From Octopus sinensis (taxonomy: Eukaryota): DNA of 32,827 nucleotides. A model generated the notes under the pieces. The model worked only from the letters and a program-made list of their open reading frames with translations. It was not told where the DNA came from and did not search any database. This document shows, one piece after another, positions 13,406 to 25,665 of the stretch. A program made the translations under genes and the position numbers. Positions within the stretch are counted from its first letter, which is position 1, and every line of letters starts with the position of its first letter. The DNA lies in NCBI RefSeq assembly GCF_006345805.1, contig NW_021832755.1, positions 1-32,827 on the forward strand, in the 5' to 3' direction.

Positions 13406-13662
13406 TACATACAAAATTTAGAGAATGGACCACTAAAAGTGGACAGCCTTTATGCTAGATATAGACGTCAAAATTGCCATTTTCTACGGAGAATGTGTTC
13501 TCAAGAAAAAATTCAGCAAAAAACTTTCAGCAAATTCATTTTTACGCTTTGGGTTTATGCTGAATTTTTTCATGAGAACACATTCTCCGTAGAAAACGGC
13601 GATTTTGACGTCTTTATCTAGCATATAGGCAGTCCACTTTTATTGGCCAATCCTCTAAATTT

Positions 13663-13670
<8 letters not shown>
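13406..13670. repeat. Inverted repeat, 113-bp arms (13406-13518 / 13558-13670), 39-bp spacer
   Basis: Arms are reverse complements with about 11 substitutions and no indels. Confidence 0.92.
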
Positions 13671-13702
<32 letters not shown>

Positions 13703-13987
13703 GTGGTGTGTGTGTGTGTGTGTGTTGTGTGTGTGTGGTGTGTGTGTGTGTGTGTGTGTAGTGTTGTGAATTTATGGTAAGAAATCCCATAAAACTCAAC
13801 ATTTTTGATATAAATGAAGAGGTGTTAAAACATATAAGAGAATTTTAATTCATGCAGACGATCGTTTCGTACAGCGATGTAAACATCATGCAAACTCACG
13901 GTTAATTATATTAATTAGATTAAATTAAATTAATTACATATCACCTCCAAATTAAAGGACGAATCTAATTCAACCTTTTTTCACATA

Positions 13988-14023
<36 letters not shown>

Positions 14024-14064
14024 TGTATGTATGTATGTATGTATTATGTGTGTATATATATATT

Positions 14065-14282
14065 TATGTGTGTATCTTTGTGTCTGTGTTTGTCCTTCAC
14101 CACCGCTCGACAACCGGTGTTCATGTGCTTACATCCCCGTAACATTAGCGGTTCGGCAAAAGAGACCGATAGAATAAGTACTAGGCTTACAAAGAATAAG
14201 TCCTGGGGTCGATTTGCTCGACTAAAGGCGGTCCTCCGGAATGGCCACAGTGAATGACTGAAACAAGTAAAAGAGTAAAAGA

Positions 14283-14283
<1 letters not shown>
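14065..14283 (+). mobile_element. SINE family A, 3' half
   Basis: gcggttcggcaaaagagaccgatagaataagtact...gactgaaacaagtaaaagagtaaaagag. Confidence 0.9.
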
Positions 14284-14337
<54 letters not shown>

Positions 14338-14389
14338 ATATACATATATACATATAAATATACATATAAATATATACATATATACAGAA

Positions 14390-14585
14390 CGCCATGTTGG
14401 ATCGTTAGCCCCTACACGCAATTTTTTTCTTTCCTTATTTCTTTTCTGTGTATCTTTCCGTCGAAGAGCGTAGGCTCGAAACGTAAAAGACTTGTTTTAT
14501 TTCTATTCCTGAGCGCCATACTAATACATTGTTTGTTTGTACTCCACCTGCCTTCGTCTTTTGTTTATTTTCGTAAACCTTCCCA
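14390..14585 (+). mobile_element. Third copy of the hammerhead-like-motif repeat
   Basis: 14453-14490: TCTTT-CCGTCGAA-GAGC-GTAG-GCTC-GAAA-CG-TA-AAAGA; flanks are homologous to the reverse complement of 7400-7575. Confidence 0.75.
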
Positions 14586-14719
14586 TTATATATATATATA
14601 TATATATGCATCCATATATGCATGTATATATACATGTAGAGGTAGTTACGTACATATATGTATGTATATATGCATATGTTTTATTTATTTATTAAATAAT
14701 ATGTATAAATATATATATT

Positions 14720-15077
14720 TAGTTCAGTCCCACTGCTTGGCATCTTGGGCAAGTGTCTTCTGCTATAGCCCCGGGCCGACCAATGCCTTGTGAGTGGATT
14801 TGGTAGACGGAAACTGAAAGAAGCCTGCCGTATATATGTATATATATATATGTGCGTGTGTTTGTGTGTCTGTGTTTGTCCCTCTAGCATTGCTTGACAA
14901 CCGATGCTGGTGTGTTTACGTCCCCGTCACCTAACGGTTCGGCAAAAGAGACCGATAGAATAAGTACTGGGCTTACAAAGAATAAGTCCCGGGGTCGATT
15001 TGCTCGACTAAAGGCGGTGCTCCAGCATGGCCGCAGTCAAATGACTGAAACAAGTAAAAGAGTAAAAGAGTAAAAGA

Positions 15078-15078
<1 letters not shown>
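14720..15078 (+). mobile_element. SINE family A, 5'-truncated, young
   Basis: Very close to the reverse complement of 2155-2560. Confidence 0.92.
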
Positions 15079-15116
<38 letters not shown>

Positions 15117-15505
15117 TATATATATATATGACTGTACAATCTAGAGGAAAGATCCAGGAGAATAATTACAGGGTGGTTAAATGTTGCCTAAGTGTGCTAG
15201 GAAACAATGATCACACTTCTGTGTGATTCGATTTCGGGATAAGTAAGTCGTATTTAAGCGAAATTAGGAAAAATTGAAATATATATATATTTATACACAT
15301 ATACAATCGGTCGTATTAAATATATAAATACTTTAATAGTATTGATATTTTTATACAATGGAGCACTCAATATTAAATTCAGTATATAATATTCTTATTG
15401 AATATATTTACCTAAAGATTTATTTATACACATATACATATACACACACACACACACATATATATATATACATATACACACACACCACACACACACACAC
15501 ACATA

Positions 15506-15580
<75 letters not shown>

Positions 15581-15583
<3 letters not shown>

Positions 15584-15752
15584 GACGGGTTACACATATA
15601 ATCCGTCTACCGAATTCCAAGTTGACTAACAGGACATCGGATGGCCCGGAGCTGTAGTAGAAGACACCTGCCCAAGATGCCGCGCAGTAGGACTGAACTC
15701 GTAACCCATAGGTTTGGTTCTGAAAGAGGTTCTTAATCAAACAGACTGCCAT
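15581..15752 (-). mobile_element. SINE family A, diverged 5' half
   Basis: ccgtctaccgaattcca...tagtagaagacacctgcccaagatgccgcgcagtaggactgaac. Confidence 0.8.
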
Positions 15753-16224
15753 AATACTTGCGTCTCTGTGTACATAACTAAGAAATAAAAGAAATTAGAT
15801 GATGACGATGATGATGATGACGATGGTGGAGATGAAGATTATGATGATGATAAATGTAATTAGGAGAAAGAGGAAGAGTGTGGGTGAGATATAATACAAT
15901 AAGAAGCGAAGATAAAGAAGACGAAACGAAGGACAAACGAGAGAAAGAAATAAAACAGAAGGACTATTGTATGACAAAGAAGCCTGCCTGCCGTTCCAAA
16001 AATTGGATCCGTAAAGACATCTCTAATGAAATATCCCCTGCACAGCAGATATCTCCTGAATCTGTAGTCGATGTGTTATATCACGCAGCTAAACATACTA
16101 ACAAAATAAAATGGCGACCAACTTTAAAGATACGTAGCGCTTTTTTTTCATTCTATTCACGTTTGTTTGTTTCGCCATTTTTTCTGTTTTTTAGTTCGTT
16201 TTCTTCTTCTTCTTCTTCTTCTTC

Positions 16225-16282
<58 letters not shown>

Positions 16283-16559
16283 GAAAGTTGTTGTTGTTAT
16301 TGTTGCAAAAGATAATGATTTTTGATGATATTTCCATTATATCATAAAGAATTTATTATCAGAATCAATTAAGTCAGAAAATGAGAATTGGTTTACTTTT
16401 CAAATGAATATGAACAAAACATCTGATATGAAAAGGCAAACAAAAAAGCTGTGGTTGGTTTTGAGTTTTATAGCGTTCGTCTTTGTGTATTTGTAAACAG
16501 TGAAAGATCCTAAACAAACCATCCCAACCAAACCCAACCATCGTTTCTAACCAACCACA

Positions 16560-17130
16560 ACCTTAACCATCACCACCACAAGTATTATTACCATTTGTGT
16601 AATTTCCATTTTGTAACCTTCATTATCGCAGCTACCGTCGTTGTCGTCATCGCCGACACCACCGCTATTTACTATCATCATCTTCACCACCACCATCGCC
16701 ATCACCAACACTCTTACTGCCTACCATCACCGACTCCACTGCTGTACCACTACCATCACCATCACCATCACTACCGCAGCCTACTAACACCATCACCAAT
16801 ACTACTATCACCAACCATCACTATTACCAGCACAGTCATCATCAGTATTATCATCACCATCATCGCCAACACAATCATCATCAGTATTATCATTACCATC
16901 ATCATTGCCATCATAACCTACTCTCGTCATCCTCATAACCATTATCATCATTATCAAAGTCAACAACATCGTCATCATCATTATCGCTAACAATACCACT
17001 ATCTACCATCGCCATCACCCTCATCATTAATACCCATACCACTACCACTACTATCACTGTGACCGACATCATCAGAACAACCCCCAACACTGCTACCGTC
17101 GCTATTAACATCATCTCCACCAACACCAAG
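16560..17130. repeat. Highly degenerate (CAT/CAC) low-complexity tract
   Basis: Period-3 CAY-rich sequence. Confidence 0.85.
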
Positions 17131-17929
17131 AAACAAAAAAGAAAGAACCAGACAGCGAACGGTCACTCAACCTGCAAGAAATCGCTGCTAAATCTTCCTC
17201 GGATATAACCCTTTCGTCTTCAAAATTGATTAAATATACAGGCTTAAACTATTTGTTGAATGTAACCGGTTAGAAAACAAGAAATGTTTGTCACGGTTGG
17301 AATATCAAAACTGATGTGCATTTTATTCATGGAAATATTTCTCATATATGCATATGCCATCACAGAACGACAATAGTTACAAAGCTAAAATGTACAAAAC
17401 GAGCGCTAATGCATCTATAAAAGTAAATGGCGAGCAATGTTTTCAAAATGCTTAATCAAACGCCATCGTACAACATTTACAAATGTTCCAGAAAATACAA
17501 GACTGTAGGGAAAACGACAGCGTCAACAATATCATTGATAAAAACCGTAAGTAAACATTTTTTTATCTACTTTCCCAAAGACGGAAATTTTTTTAATCTC
17601 CCTCCCTAATGGAGATTAGCTTAAAAGTGAACGCTTTACCCACAAAAATATATCGTGTAAATACGACACAAAAAATCTAAAAATTCTGCAATGCAACACT
17701 AATAGCATTAAAAACACCTTTATAGAACTAAAAGAATGTTTTACATAACACACGACATTCATATAACAATAATTCAGGCAACATTCTTAGGACAGAGACA
17801 CCTTATTACTTCCCAAGGATATTTCCAGTCCTTTCGATTCTACTTGCCTCTGGTCTAAGAAGCCAGTAACAAGAGTTTAAGGGTGATGGTCCCGGTGTAG
17901 TATTCCTTCACAATAAATTCTGATAAATT

Positions 17930-18680
17930 CTATTAGGTGCAGTCTGACCTGATCAGTCAACAAACACACCCACAACGACCAACTCCCAACCGTAACCCCA
18001 ATTCCAGAATGGTTAGATGGTTCTCGTTGCTCTAACAAACGATTATCATGTAGCGAGCCATTTTGTATTATTTATTGTTTATTATCGTTTGCTGTTGAAA
18101 AGAAACAAGTAGGAGGATCATTTTCCTTTTTCTTTTTGGAGACAACTGGGACTCTACCTCTTAGATACCGACAACACTTCTTAAAGGGTATCAGCAATGC
18201 ATAAAGCAACCTGGAAGAAGTTTAAATCTTAAACTTCTTTCAAACACAAATCATCGATGAATCTTTCGTAGAGGCAATCGAATCATGACGAACGTCCACG
18301 ACAATGGAATAACGACACTTTTGCAGTTTCTTCGCTCGTGGTGGTACACGGAATATGTATTATAGGTGGGAGCAGTCAAAATTTCCGATCGTCTTCCAGG
18401 TTGCTTTATGCATTGCTGATACCCTTTAAGAAGTGTTGTCGGTATCTAAGAGGTAGAGTCCCAGTTGTCTCCAAAAAGAAAAAGGAAAACGATCCTCCTA
18501 CTTGTTTCTTTTCAACAGCAAACGAAAATAAACAATAAATAATACAAAATGGCTCGCTACATGATAATCGTTTGTTAGAGCAACGAGAACCATCTAACCA
18601 TTCTGGAATTGGGGTTACGGTTGGGAGTTGGTCGTTGTGGGTGTGTTTGTTGACTGATCAGGTCAGACTGCACCTAATAG
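17930..18680. repeat. Long inverted duplication: 289-bp arms (17930-18218 / 18392-18680), 173-bp spacer
   Basis: Arms are reverse complements with 2 substitutions and no indels (coordinate sums are equal). Confidence 0.95.
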
Positions 18681-19105
18681 GTTCTCTGGCAGTGTGGACA
18701 GGGAATGGTGGTGGTGGTGGTAGTTGGGGATTTGATGGCACTGGTTTTTCTGGCCTGCCTATACTGCCCAGCCGCAGCAATCCTATTGGTTTCGCAACTT
18801 TACATTCTTTGTAGACAGCTGATCGCCACTTTCCTCTTTCCTCGGGTGCCTGCTCCCATGTGACATGACTGATGCTGAACACCCTCAGAGAAGCTTTTAA
18901 CAAGTCTTTGAAAACGGTTTTCCTGGATTTCCTAGAAGCGTTTGCCTTAGAGTTCGCCATGTAATAGTTTCTTTGGACGCCAGTGGACTGGCATGCGAAC
19001 TACACAACCTAACCATCGAAGATGTGATTGCATCAGGATGGTGTAGGCGCTGGTCAGTGTCTGGTCTTTGTCTTGCCATTTTATGCCAAGAATTCTTCTT
19101 AGAAA
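18565..19105 (-). mobile_element. RTE-BovB-like LINE 3' end (decayed)
   Basis: FLRRILGIKWQDK...YTILMQSHLRWLGCVVRMP..RPKKLLHGEL*GKR...FKDLLKASL...TWEQAPEERGKWRSAVYK...IPCPHCQRT (C-terminal C2H2 remnant), then a short 3' UTR. Confidence 0.9.
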
Positions 19106-19124
19106 ACCTGGATCTAAAGGCTAC

Positions 19125-19254
19125 ACCATCGCAGGGTTATCCATTTACAGCTGGTTGGACTGGAGCAACGTGAAATGAAGTGTTTTTGCTCAAGAACACA
19201 ACGCGCCACTCTGTCCAGGAATCGAACCCACGATCTGGCGACCGTGAGCGAACA
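19125..19254 (-). mobile_element. SINE family C fragment (head and CORE-like segment)
   Basis: Minus strand: gggttcgattcctg...gttgtgttcttgagcaaaaacacttcatttcacgttgctccagtcca. Confidence 0.8.
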
Positions 19255-19339
19255 TAGAAGTAGTAAAAAGAAAATCCCTGGACGTTATTGTCTCGATTGC
19301 TAGGGCTCACGAGGCCGGTTAACCGCTTTCTACGGTGTA

Positions 19340-19465
19340 TAAGTAACTTATTTTTTTTTAACTTGGTACTTATTCTATCGGTCACCTTTCCCGAACCGGT
19401 AAGTTACATGGACGTAAATACACCAACACCGGTTACCAAACTGAAGTGGGGGACAAATATAAAGG
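19340..19465 (-). mobile_element. SINE family A fragment
   Basis: ggtacttattctatcggtcac...gaaccggtaagttac..ggacgtaaatacacca. Confidence 0.75.
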
Positions 19466-19706
19466 CATACTCACACATTGTTTCATCAGAACTTTTATTA
19501 AAAACAATATGGATTTTCTATTTTTTTGGAACAACAGTTTCATAAGGGATATCATCCTCTTTGCAATTTTCAAATAGCCACTGTCCGAAGAAGTACTTCC
19601 AAAGGTAGACGCCTGGATTATCTTACCCCAACTGACCTACTGTATGTGTGTATGCTTGTGTGCATGTGTGCATGTGTTTGTGTGCGCCGTATAGTGTAGT
19701 TTAGTA

Positions 19707-20122
19707 GAATCTTTTCGGTTTGAACGGCAGTTTTTTTTAATAATTTCCACGTAACTAAACACTTTTAAACTTCGTATACTGGTAGAATGTGTTTATAAAA
19801 CATCTTTTTCTCTTGGCTTTATTGAGAAAATTCTATAGTTTGTAAGATATTTGTTGTTTTTTCTTCAATTTCTGCAATTTCAACCAATCAATGACGTCTA
19901 TTGGGGTGAAAACATTCTGTGCCGTATGAATATGTCCCTCGTTTAAGAAACAGATTGAGTTTATTTACATTTCTGAAGAAAAAAAGATACCCTTCCCCCC
20001 ACCCCTAACCCTAACCCTAAAATAGATTGAAATGCAATAGATCGATACTAGGGTCATAATTATAGTTGACAATTTCATATGACACCGCTAGAAAAAAACT
20101 GCCGTTCAAACCGAAAAGATCC
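19707..20122 (+). mobile_element. Complete non-autonomous TIR DNA transposon (MITE) with 8-bp TSD
   Basis: TIRs g(a/g)atcttttcggtttgaacggcagttttt; TSD GTTTAGTA at 19699-19706 and 20123-20130; internal (CCCTAA)3. Confidence 0.93.
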
Positions 20123-20185
20123 GTTTAGTATAGTAATAATAGTTAAGTTATTACCTACTTAACGCAATGGGCATTAAAAACTTCA

Positions 20186-21316
20186 TCTCTCTATATATAA
20201 ACGGCAGTTTGTTTGTCTGTGTCTGTCAGGTTGTACCCTTACCCTGACCACGGCTTTGAACCGATTCTGATGAAACTTGACACACACATAGCCCAATGTC
20301 ATAATTCAAAACTAACGCAGCGAAAATTTTGAAAAGTTCCCCCAGTTCTGAAAAGCATCGATAAATTCGACATGGGGTCGAGAATCTAAGCTTTTTATAT
20401 GCAACACATTTTCTGTTGTAGTTTTCGCAACTTGCAATCGATTTTCACCAAACTCATGGTGAAGCTTAATGTTACCCTAAGAAACTTAATTCTGACGTTA
20501 GTTTTCCATGCAATACCTTACCATCAGAAAAAATCGATAAAATCATGCCATTTTGGGAAATCGCGTTCAAATTCAAGATGACATATTTTCGACAATATCT
20601 TTCACAAATTGGCAGGAATTTTTTTTTTTAATTCACAGCGAGCATCATGTCTGCTCCAAGGAGCTATATGGCCCTTTTTATTCCAATGGGATACTTTATT
20701 ACTGGAAAAAATCGGTTAATTAAATCATATGTGGCACACATAGCAAACCGATTTGTGTATTAAACACAAACCGCAGACTGTCTAGGGGACGCAACTCGAC
20801 CTTTTTAACTCTCGGAACACGTGGGGTAAGTATCCCAAAATGTATAAAAATGTACAAAAACGGCAAAAGAGCGGGCAGCAATGTGAGTGACAACAACGAA
20901 AAAGTCAAAAGTGAACAAACGAATGGAAAAGGTTTTTTGGTGCACACGACAAAAGCGGTTTATAATAAACCAAGAGTTTGCAAGTAGCGTCCGAGGACCC
21001 TTAATGTACGTCAAAAATTTAAGGTAAAACGTTTGGGGTGGTAGTTATAAAGAAAGTATTCGAATAACTTGCGGCTGCAGCAGCTATTAGCAGAAGTGGC
21101 GGTGTTGGGGGTAAAGTCTCGAATGTAATTTCTTCCTGGTAGGAATTGGTTGGGTTGAATTATCGATAGCTGTTTGATAGTTATTTGGGAGTGAAGAGAA
21201 GACGTTGCAACCTACACATGCGCCTTCGTTCCCTAGAGGGAAAGGACTAGATTGGGATTAGTCGTTGCCTACTAGGGGCTCTTAAATACCCGGGCAACGC
21301 CGGGCTATACTGCTAG
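20186..21316 (+). mobile_element. Non-autonomous Helitron
   Basis: 5' A|TCTCTCTATATATAAA followed by a gtctgt tract; 3' hairpin CCCGG-gcaacg-CCGGG (21289-21304) then CTAG|T; no TSD. Confidence 0.88.
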
Positions 21317-21394
21317 TCGTGAATACTTGTGCAATAAGGAAAATATAATATTAGCACAAAACTACTAAGATGGTGTTTGGCTCATCACTGAAAT

Positions 21395-21840
21395 GTATAT
21401 TCGTTCATTTCTATATTTCCATGGTCTTCGCTGTTATAAACTCTCTGGACTGGGACCTTCTGTCAAGACGACCTTTAAACGTGTCATCCGCTTCTGGTCC
21501 CTAATGTATTGTTTCCCTTTTGAGCTTGTAAGTCAGAAGCCATTCTATTTTAATAGCTTCTATTCTCATACCGCTGCTCCTTGGAACTCATTACCATCGT
21601 CTTGTTATCAAATTCACTATTGAGTTGTTAACATGTTGGGCCATCTTTTTTCTACTAAGTCTTTGGCTCGTCACCGAAATATATCTTCGCCGTGTCATTC
21701 CCGTGGTCATTGCTCTGATGAACTTCCTGGTCTCGTACTTTACGTCAAGAACTTTAAACATGTTCTCTTCTGAGGCACATTATTTCACAATTCAGCATCC
21801 TGTTAGTCATAACTCGTTTCACAGCCTTTTTAGACCATCT
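21395..21840 (+). mobile_element. Two tandem decayed CR1/Jockey-group LINE C-terminal fragments
   Basis: LYFHGL...FKRVIRF...FYFNSFYSHTAAPWNSLP, then SLARHRNISS...CSDELPGLV, resembling the L.HRR...CS.EL...NSF.P.T...WNSLP terminus. Confidence 0.65.
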
Positions 21841-21860
21841 CAGCAAAGTGTTGATTATAT

Positions 21861-21912
<52 letters not shown>

Positions 21913-21921
21913 ATATATATA

Positions 21922-22282
21922 TAGCCATGGAAGGTCAATGCTTGGGATCTCGTTGAGAGAGCACATCAGTAACGAGATCATCAGAAAGAAGTCCGGCGTG
22001 AGAGATGTCATCGCAGAGTATACACGCAGCAAGTTTAGATGAACTGGACACGTCGCCCGGCTCACCGATGATCGGTGGACCCGCGCAGTTGTCGAGTGGT
22101 ACCCGCGCGAGCGGAAACGATCACCCGGAAGGCCTCCACGACGGTGGAGTTACGATTTCAGGAGGACGATTGGGCTCACGTGGATGAGAAAGGCGCGATC
22201 CAGAGAGGAGTGGACAGGGTGCTGTGACCAGCGGTGTGAAATGGACGCCCGACGGACTCGTCGGTCAAGGTGATCAAGGTGA
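21922..22282 (+). mobile_element. 5'-truncated RTE-1-like LINE 3' end within (TA)n
   Basis: SMLGISLREHISNEIIRKKSGVRDVI...KFR*TGHVARLTDDRWTRAVVEWYPRERKRSPGRPPRRW...WMRKARSREEW; terminal tandem tcaaggtga x2. Confidence 0.92.
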
Positions 22283-22300
22283 TATATATATAAATATAGT

Positions 22301-22680
22301 GGAGGTGCAATGGCCAAGTAGTTAGGGCAGCGGACTCGCAGTCATAGGATCGCAGTTTCGATTCCCAGACCGAGCGTTGTGAGTGTTTATTGAGCGAAAA
22401 TACCTAAAAAGATCCACCAGGCTCCGGCAGTGGGTGGTGGTGAACTCTGCTGTACTCTTTCACCACAAATTTCTCTCACTTTTTCTTCCTGTTTCTGTTG
22501 TACCTGGATTTCAAGGGGCCAGCCTTGTCACTCTCTGTGTCACGCTGAATCTCACCGAGAACTACATTAAGGGTACACGTGTCTGTGGAGTACTCAGCCA
22601 CTTAATTTCCCGAACAGGCTGTTCTGTTGATCGGATCAACTGGAACACTTATCGTAGTAACCGACGGAGTGCCAACAACA
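22301..22680 (+). mobile_element. SINE family D head with C-type tail
   Basis: tRNA-like head ggaggtgcaatggccaagtagttagggcagcggactcgc...gtttcgattccc; 3' part homologous to 3440-3612. Confidence 0.88.
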
Positions 22681-22686
22681 TTATAA

Positions 22687-22730
<44 letters not shown>

Positions 22731-22733
22731 ATA

Positions 22734-22777
<44 letters not shown>

Positions 22778-22888
22778 ACTGTACAAGTAGATATAGAATT
22801 TTTTATGTAAACCCCTGAAAGAAATAACTCAACACCATTCCATAAATGGAAATGTACCATCGCTTCTTGTTTCTGTTGCTGTTGCTGT

Positions 22889-23245
22889 TGAGCGAACGGG
22901 CTCACAAGATGGGACAAGTCCGAAACGTGGTCCTTTGCTGTTCGTAAGACCCGCAGAAGAGAAAGCAGGTCAACCCCCGACACCGAGAGCATCGACGGAT
23001 GGATGAATGCGCATCCAGGCTCAGCGGTTGCGTAGGAAGTCGGGGACAAGAAACAGAAAGAAAGAGTGAGAGAAAGTTGGAGTGAAAGAGTACAAGAGGG
23101 GTCGCCACCACCACCCTGTCGGTGCCCCGTGGCGCTATTTAGGTGTTTTCGCTCAATAAAGACAGATAACGCCCGGTCTGGTAATCGAAACCGCGATCCT
23201 CCGACCGCGATTCCGCTGCCCTAACCATTGGGCCATTGCGCCTCC
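22889..23245 (-). mobile_element. SINE family D head with a different tail
   Basis: Minus strand ggaggcgcaatggcccaatggttagggcagcgg...; shares about 200 bp with 22301-22500 and then diverges; flanked by (tgc/tgt)n. Confidence 0.88.
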
Positions 23246-23577
23246 TGTTGCTGCTGCTGCTGTTTTTGTTGCTGCTGCTGTTGTTGTTGTTGTCGTCGTC
23301 GTCGTCGTCGTAGCTGTTGTTGCTGTTTAACTCAGGTCAGCGTTCATATAACAAATACGAAACGCTCACAGCTGGAATATTGTTAACGCTAGATCTGACC
23401 TCTTTACAGCTGACCTTTCTCTCAACACGATGTAGTCCAAGGCATGCTGTTTCTTTTGTTCAAAACAGCACGACACGTGACTTGAGTGGAATTCGGTAGC
23501 TATATCTAGCATGTTATACGACCACATAGAGTGTCGTCAATGGCTTGTTTTTGTTATTGATATTTTATCTAAGTGAA

Positions 23578-24395
23578 AGGCGGCAAACTGGTAAAATCGT
23601 TAGCACGCCGGGCGAAATGAGTAGCCGTATTTCGTCTGCCTTTCTTTACGTTCTGAGTTCAAATTCCGCCGAGGTCGACTTTGCCTTTCATCCTTTCGGG
23701 GTCGATTAAATAAGTACCAGTTACGCATTGGGGTCGATATAATCGACTTAATCCGTTTGTCTGTCCTTATTTGTCCTCTCTGAGTTTAGCCTCTTGTGGG
23801 TAGTAAAGAGATAGGTATTTCGTCTGCCTTTACGTTCTGAGTTCAAATTACGCCGAGGTCGATTTTGTCTTTCATCCTTTCGGGGTCGATAAATTAAGTA
23901 CCAGTTACGCATTGGGGTCGATATAATCGACTTAAGCCGTTTGTCTGTCCTAGTTTGACCCGTCTATGTGTAGCCCCTTGTGGGCAGTAAAGAAATAAGA
24001 ATCGTTAGCACGCCGGAAAAAATGCTTAGCAGTATTTCGTATTCCGTTACGTTCTGAGTTCAAATTCCGCCGAGGTCGACTTTGCCTTTCACCCTTTCGG
24101 GGTCGCTAAAATTAGTACCAGTTACGCACTGGGGTTGATGTAATCAACTTAATCCCTTCTCCCAAATTTGAGAAAGGATTCTTCATTTAAGTGTAAAGCG
24201 GCGATCTGGTATAATCGTTGACGCGCCTGGTAAAGTGCTTAGCGGCATTTAGTCTGAACTTGCGTTCTGATTTCAGACTCCATCGGGATCGACTTTCTCT
24301 TTCATCCTTTCGGGGGCACTGAAATAACTACCAGTTGACTCCTGGGATTGACGACGCCATCGAATTTTTTCTGGACTTGTGTCAAAATTTGAAAG
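23578..24395 (+). mobile_element. Tandem array of ~4 SINE family B units
   Basis: Core ttacgttctgagttcaaattccgccgaggtcgactttgcctttcatcctttcggggtcga recurs at about 23646, 23830, 24047 and (degenerate) 24260. Confidence 0.92.
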
Positions 24396-24483
24396 CGATA
24401 TTTTTTTCTTTATGCGTTTGAAGCAATGAGTTCTTTTTGTTGTTGTTCGAGATGATGATCAAGATGATGATGATGATGATGAT

Positions 24484-24527
<44 letters not shown>

Positions 24528-25620
24528 CTGACGATGAGGAGAAGCAGGATTTTGTTGTTCAGCTGCATCTCTGCTCTTACGAAGCAAGCAGATGATGAAA
24601 TGCGTGTATGCACGTATGTATGCAGCGCATACATACATGCATACATACATACATACATGCATACATACATACATTCATACATTCATACATACATGCATTC
24701 ATACATACATACATACATACAACATACACATATATGTGTGTGTGTCTTACACAAACACGCACACCACACACATAAGTAAACATACATTCATACATATATA
24801 TATGTGTGTATGTATGTATATATATGTATATGTATATATATCTATATATATGTATATTTACATACATATATGTATATATAAATGTACGTATTCCTGCATA
24901 TTACACACTCACACACCTATGTGCGTTTGTGTGTGAGTGTGTGTGTGTTTGTAAATTATCCACATGCATATATATTAATACATATTTACACATGTATGTG
25001 AGTGTATGTGCGTACGCGCGCCTATGTGAGAGTCTGTCTGTGTGTGTGTAAGTATCCATAGATATACATGCTTATAAAGAATGATAGTATCCCACTGGTG
25101 TGAAATGCAATTAATCAAACGAAATTACTGATTCCCTCTGAGGTAGAGAGAGAGAACTATTTATTTCTTATTCAAAGATATATCCGTGTGAGTTGCTACT
25201 TCGGAGTCTCGCCTTCGCTTTCACGCTCCTCAGGCGACTGACGATGCGCTACTTGAAGTTTGCATATCTCCACACTGGTTGGATCTCTTCGGCTCCCACT
25301 GAAAACAACTGGGGGCAACTTATATGTTCAACTTATGGTTACATTATTATTTATATTTATAAATATATATAGATATATATATATATATATATAATATATA
25401 TATATATAGATGTACATAAATAATATATGTATAAATATAATATTGCATATTATATATTTATATATAATATATATATATATAATATATATACATATAATAT
25501 ATACAAATGTGCATATATTATGTATATATATATATATATATATATATAACATACACATATGTGTAAGTATACACAACACACACGCACACACACACACGCG
25601 CGCACCGCACGCACACACAC

Positions 25621-25665
<45 letters not shown>

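Noticed and set aside
20002-20019. Interstitial telomere repeat
   Set aside because: Only three units, internal to a MITE; not evidence of chromosome fusion.
23578-24395. Regularly spaced repeats resembling a CRISPR array
   Set aside because: Intervening sequences are also repeated, units are SINE-derived, the context is eukaryotic, and there are no cas genes.
25205-25239. Minus-strand CTGAGGA-GC-gtgaaa-GC-GAAG hammerhead-like core
   Set aside because: GAAA is altered, and stem III and the cleavage triplet are absent; cannot be supported.
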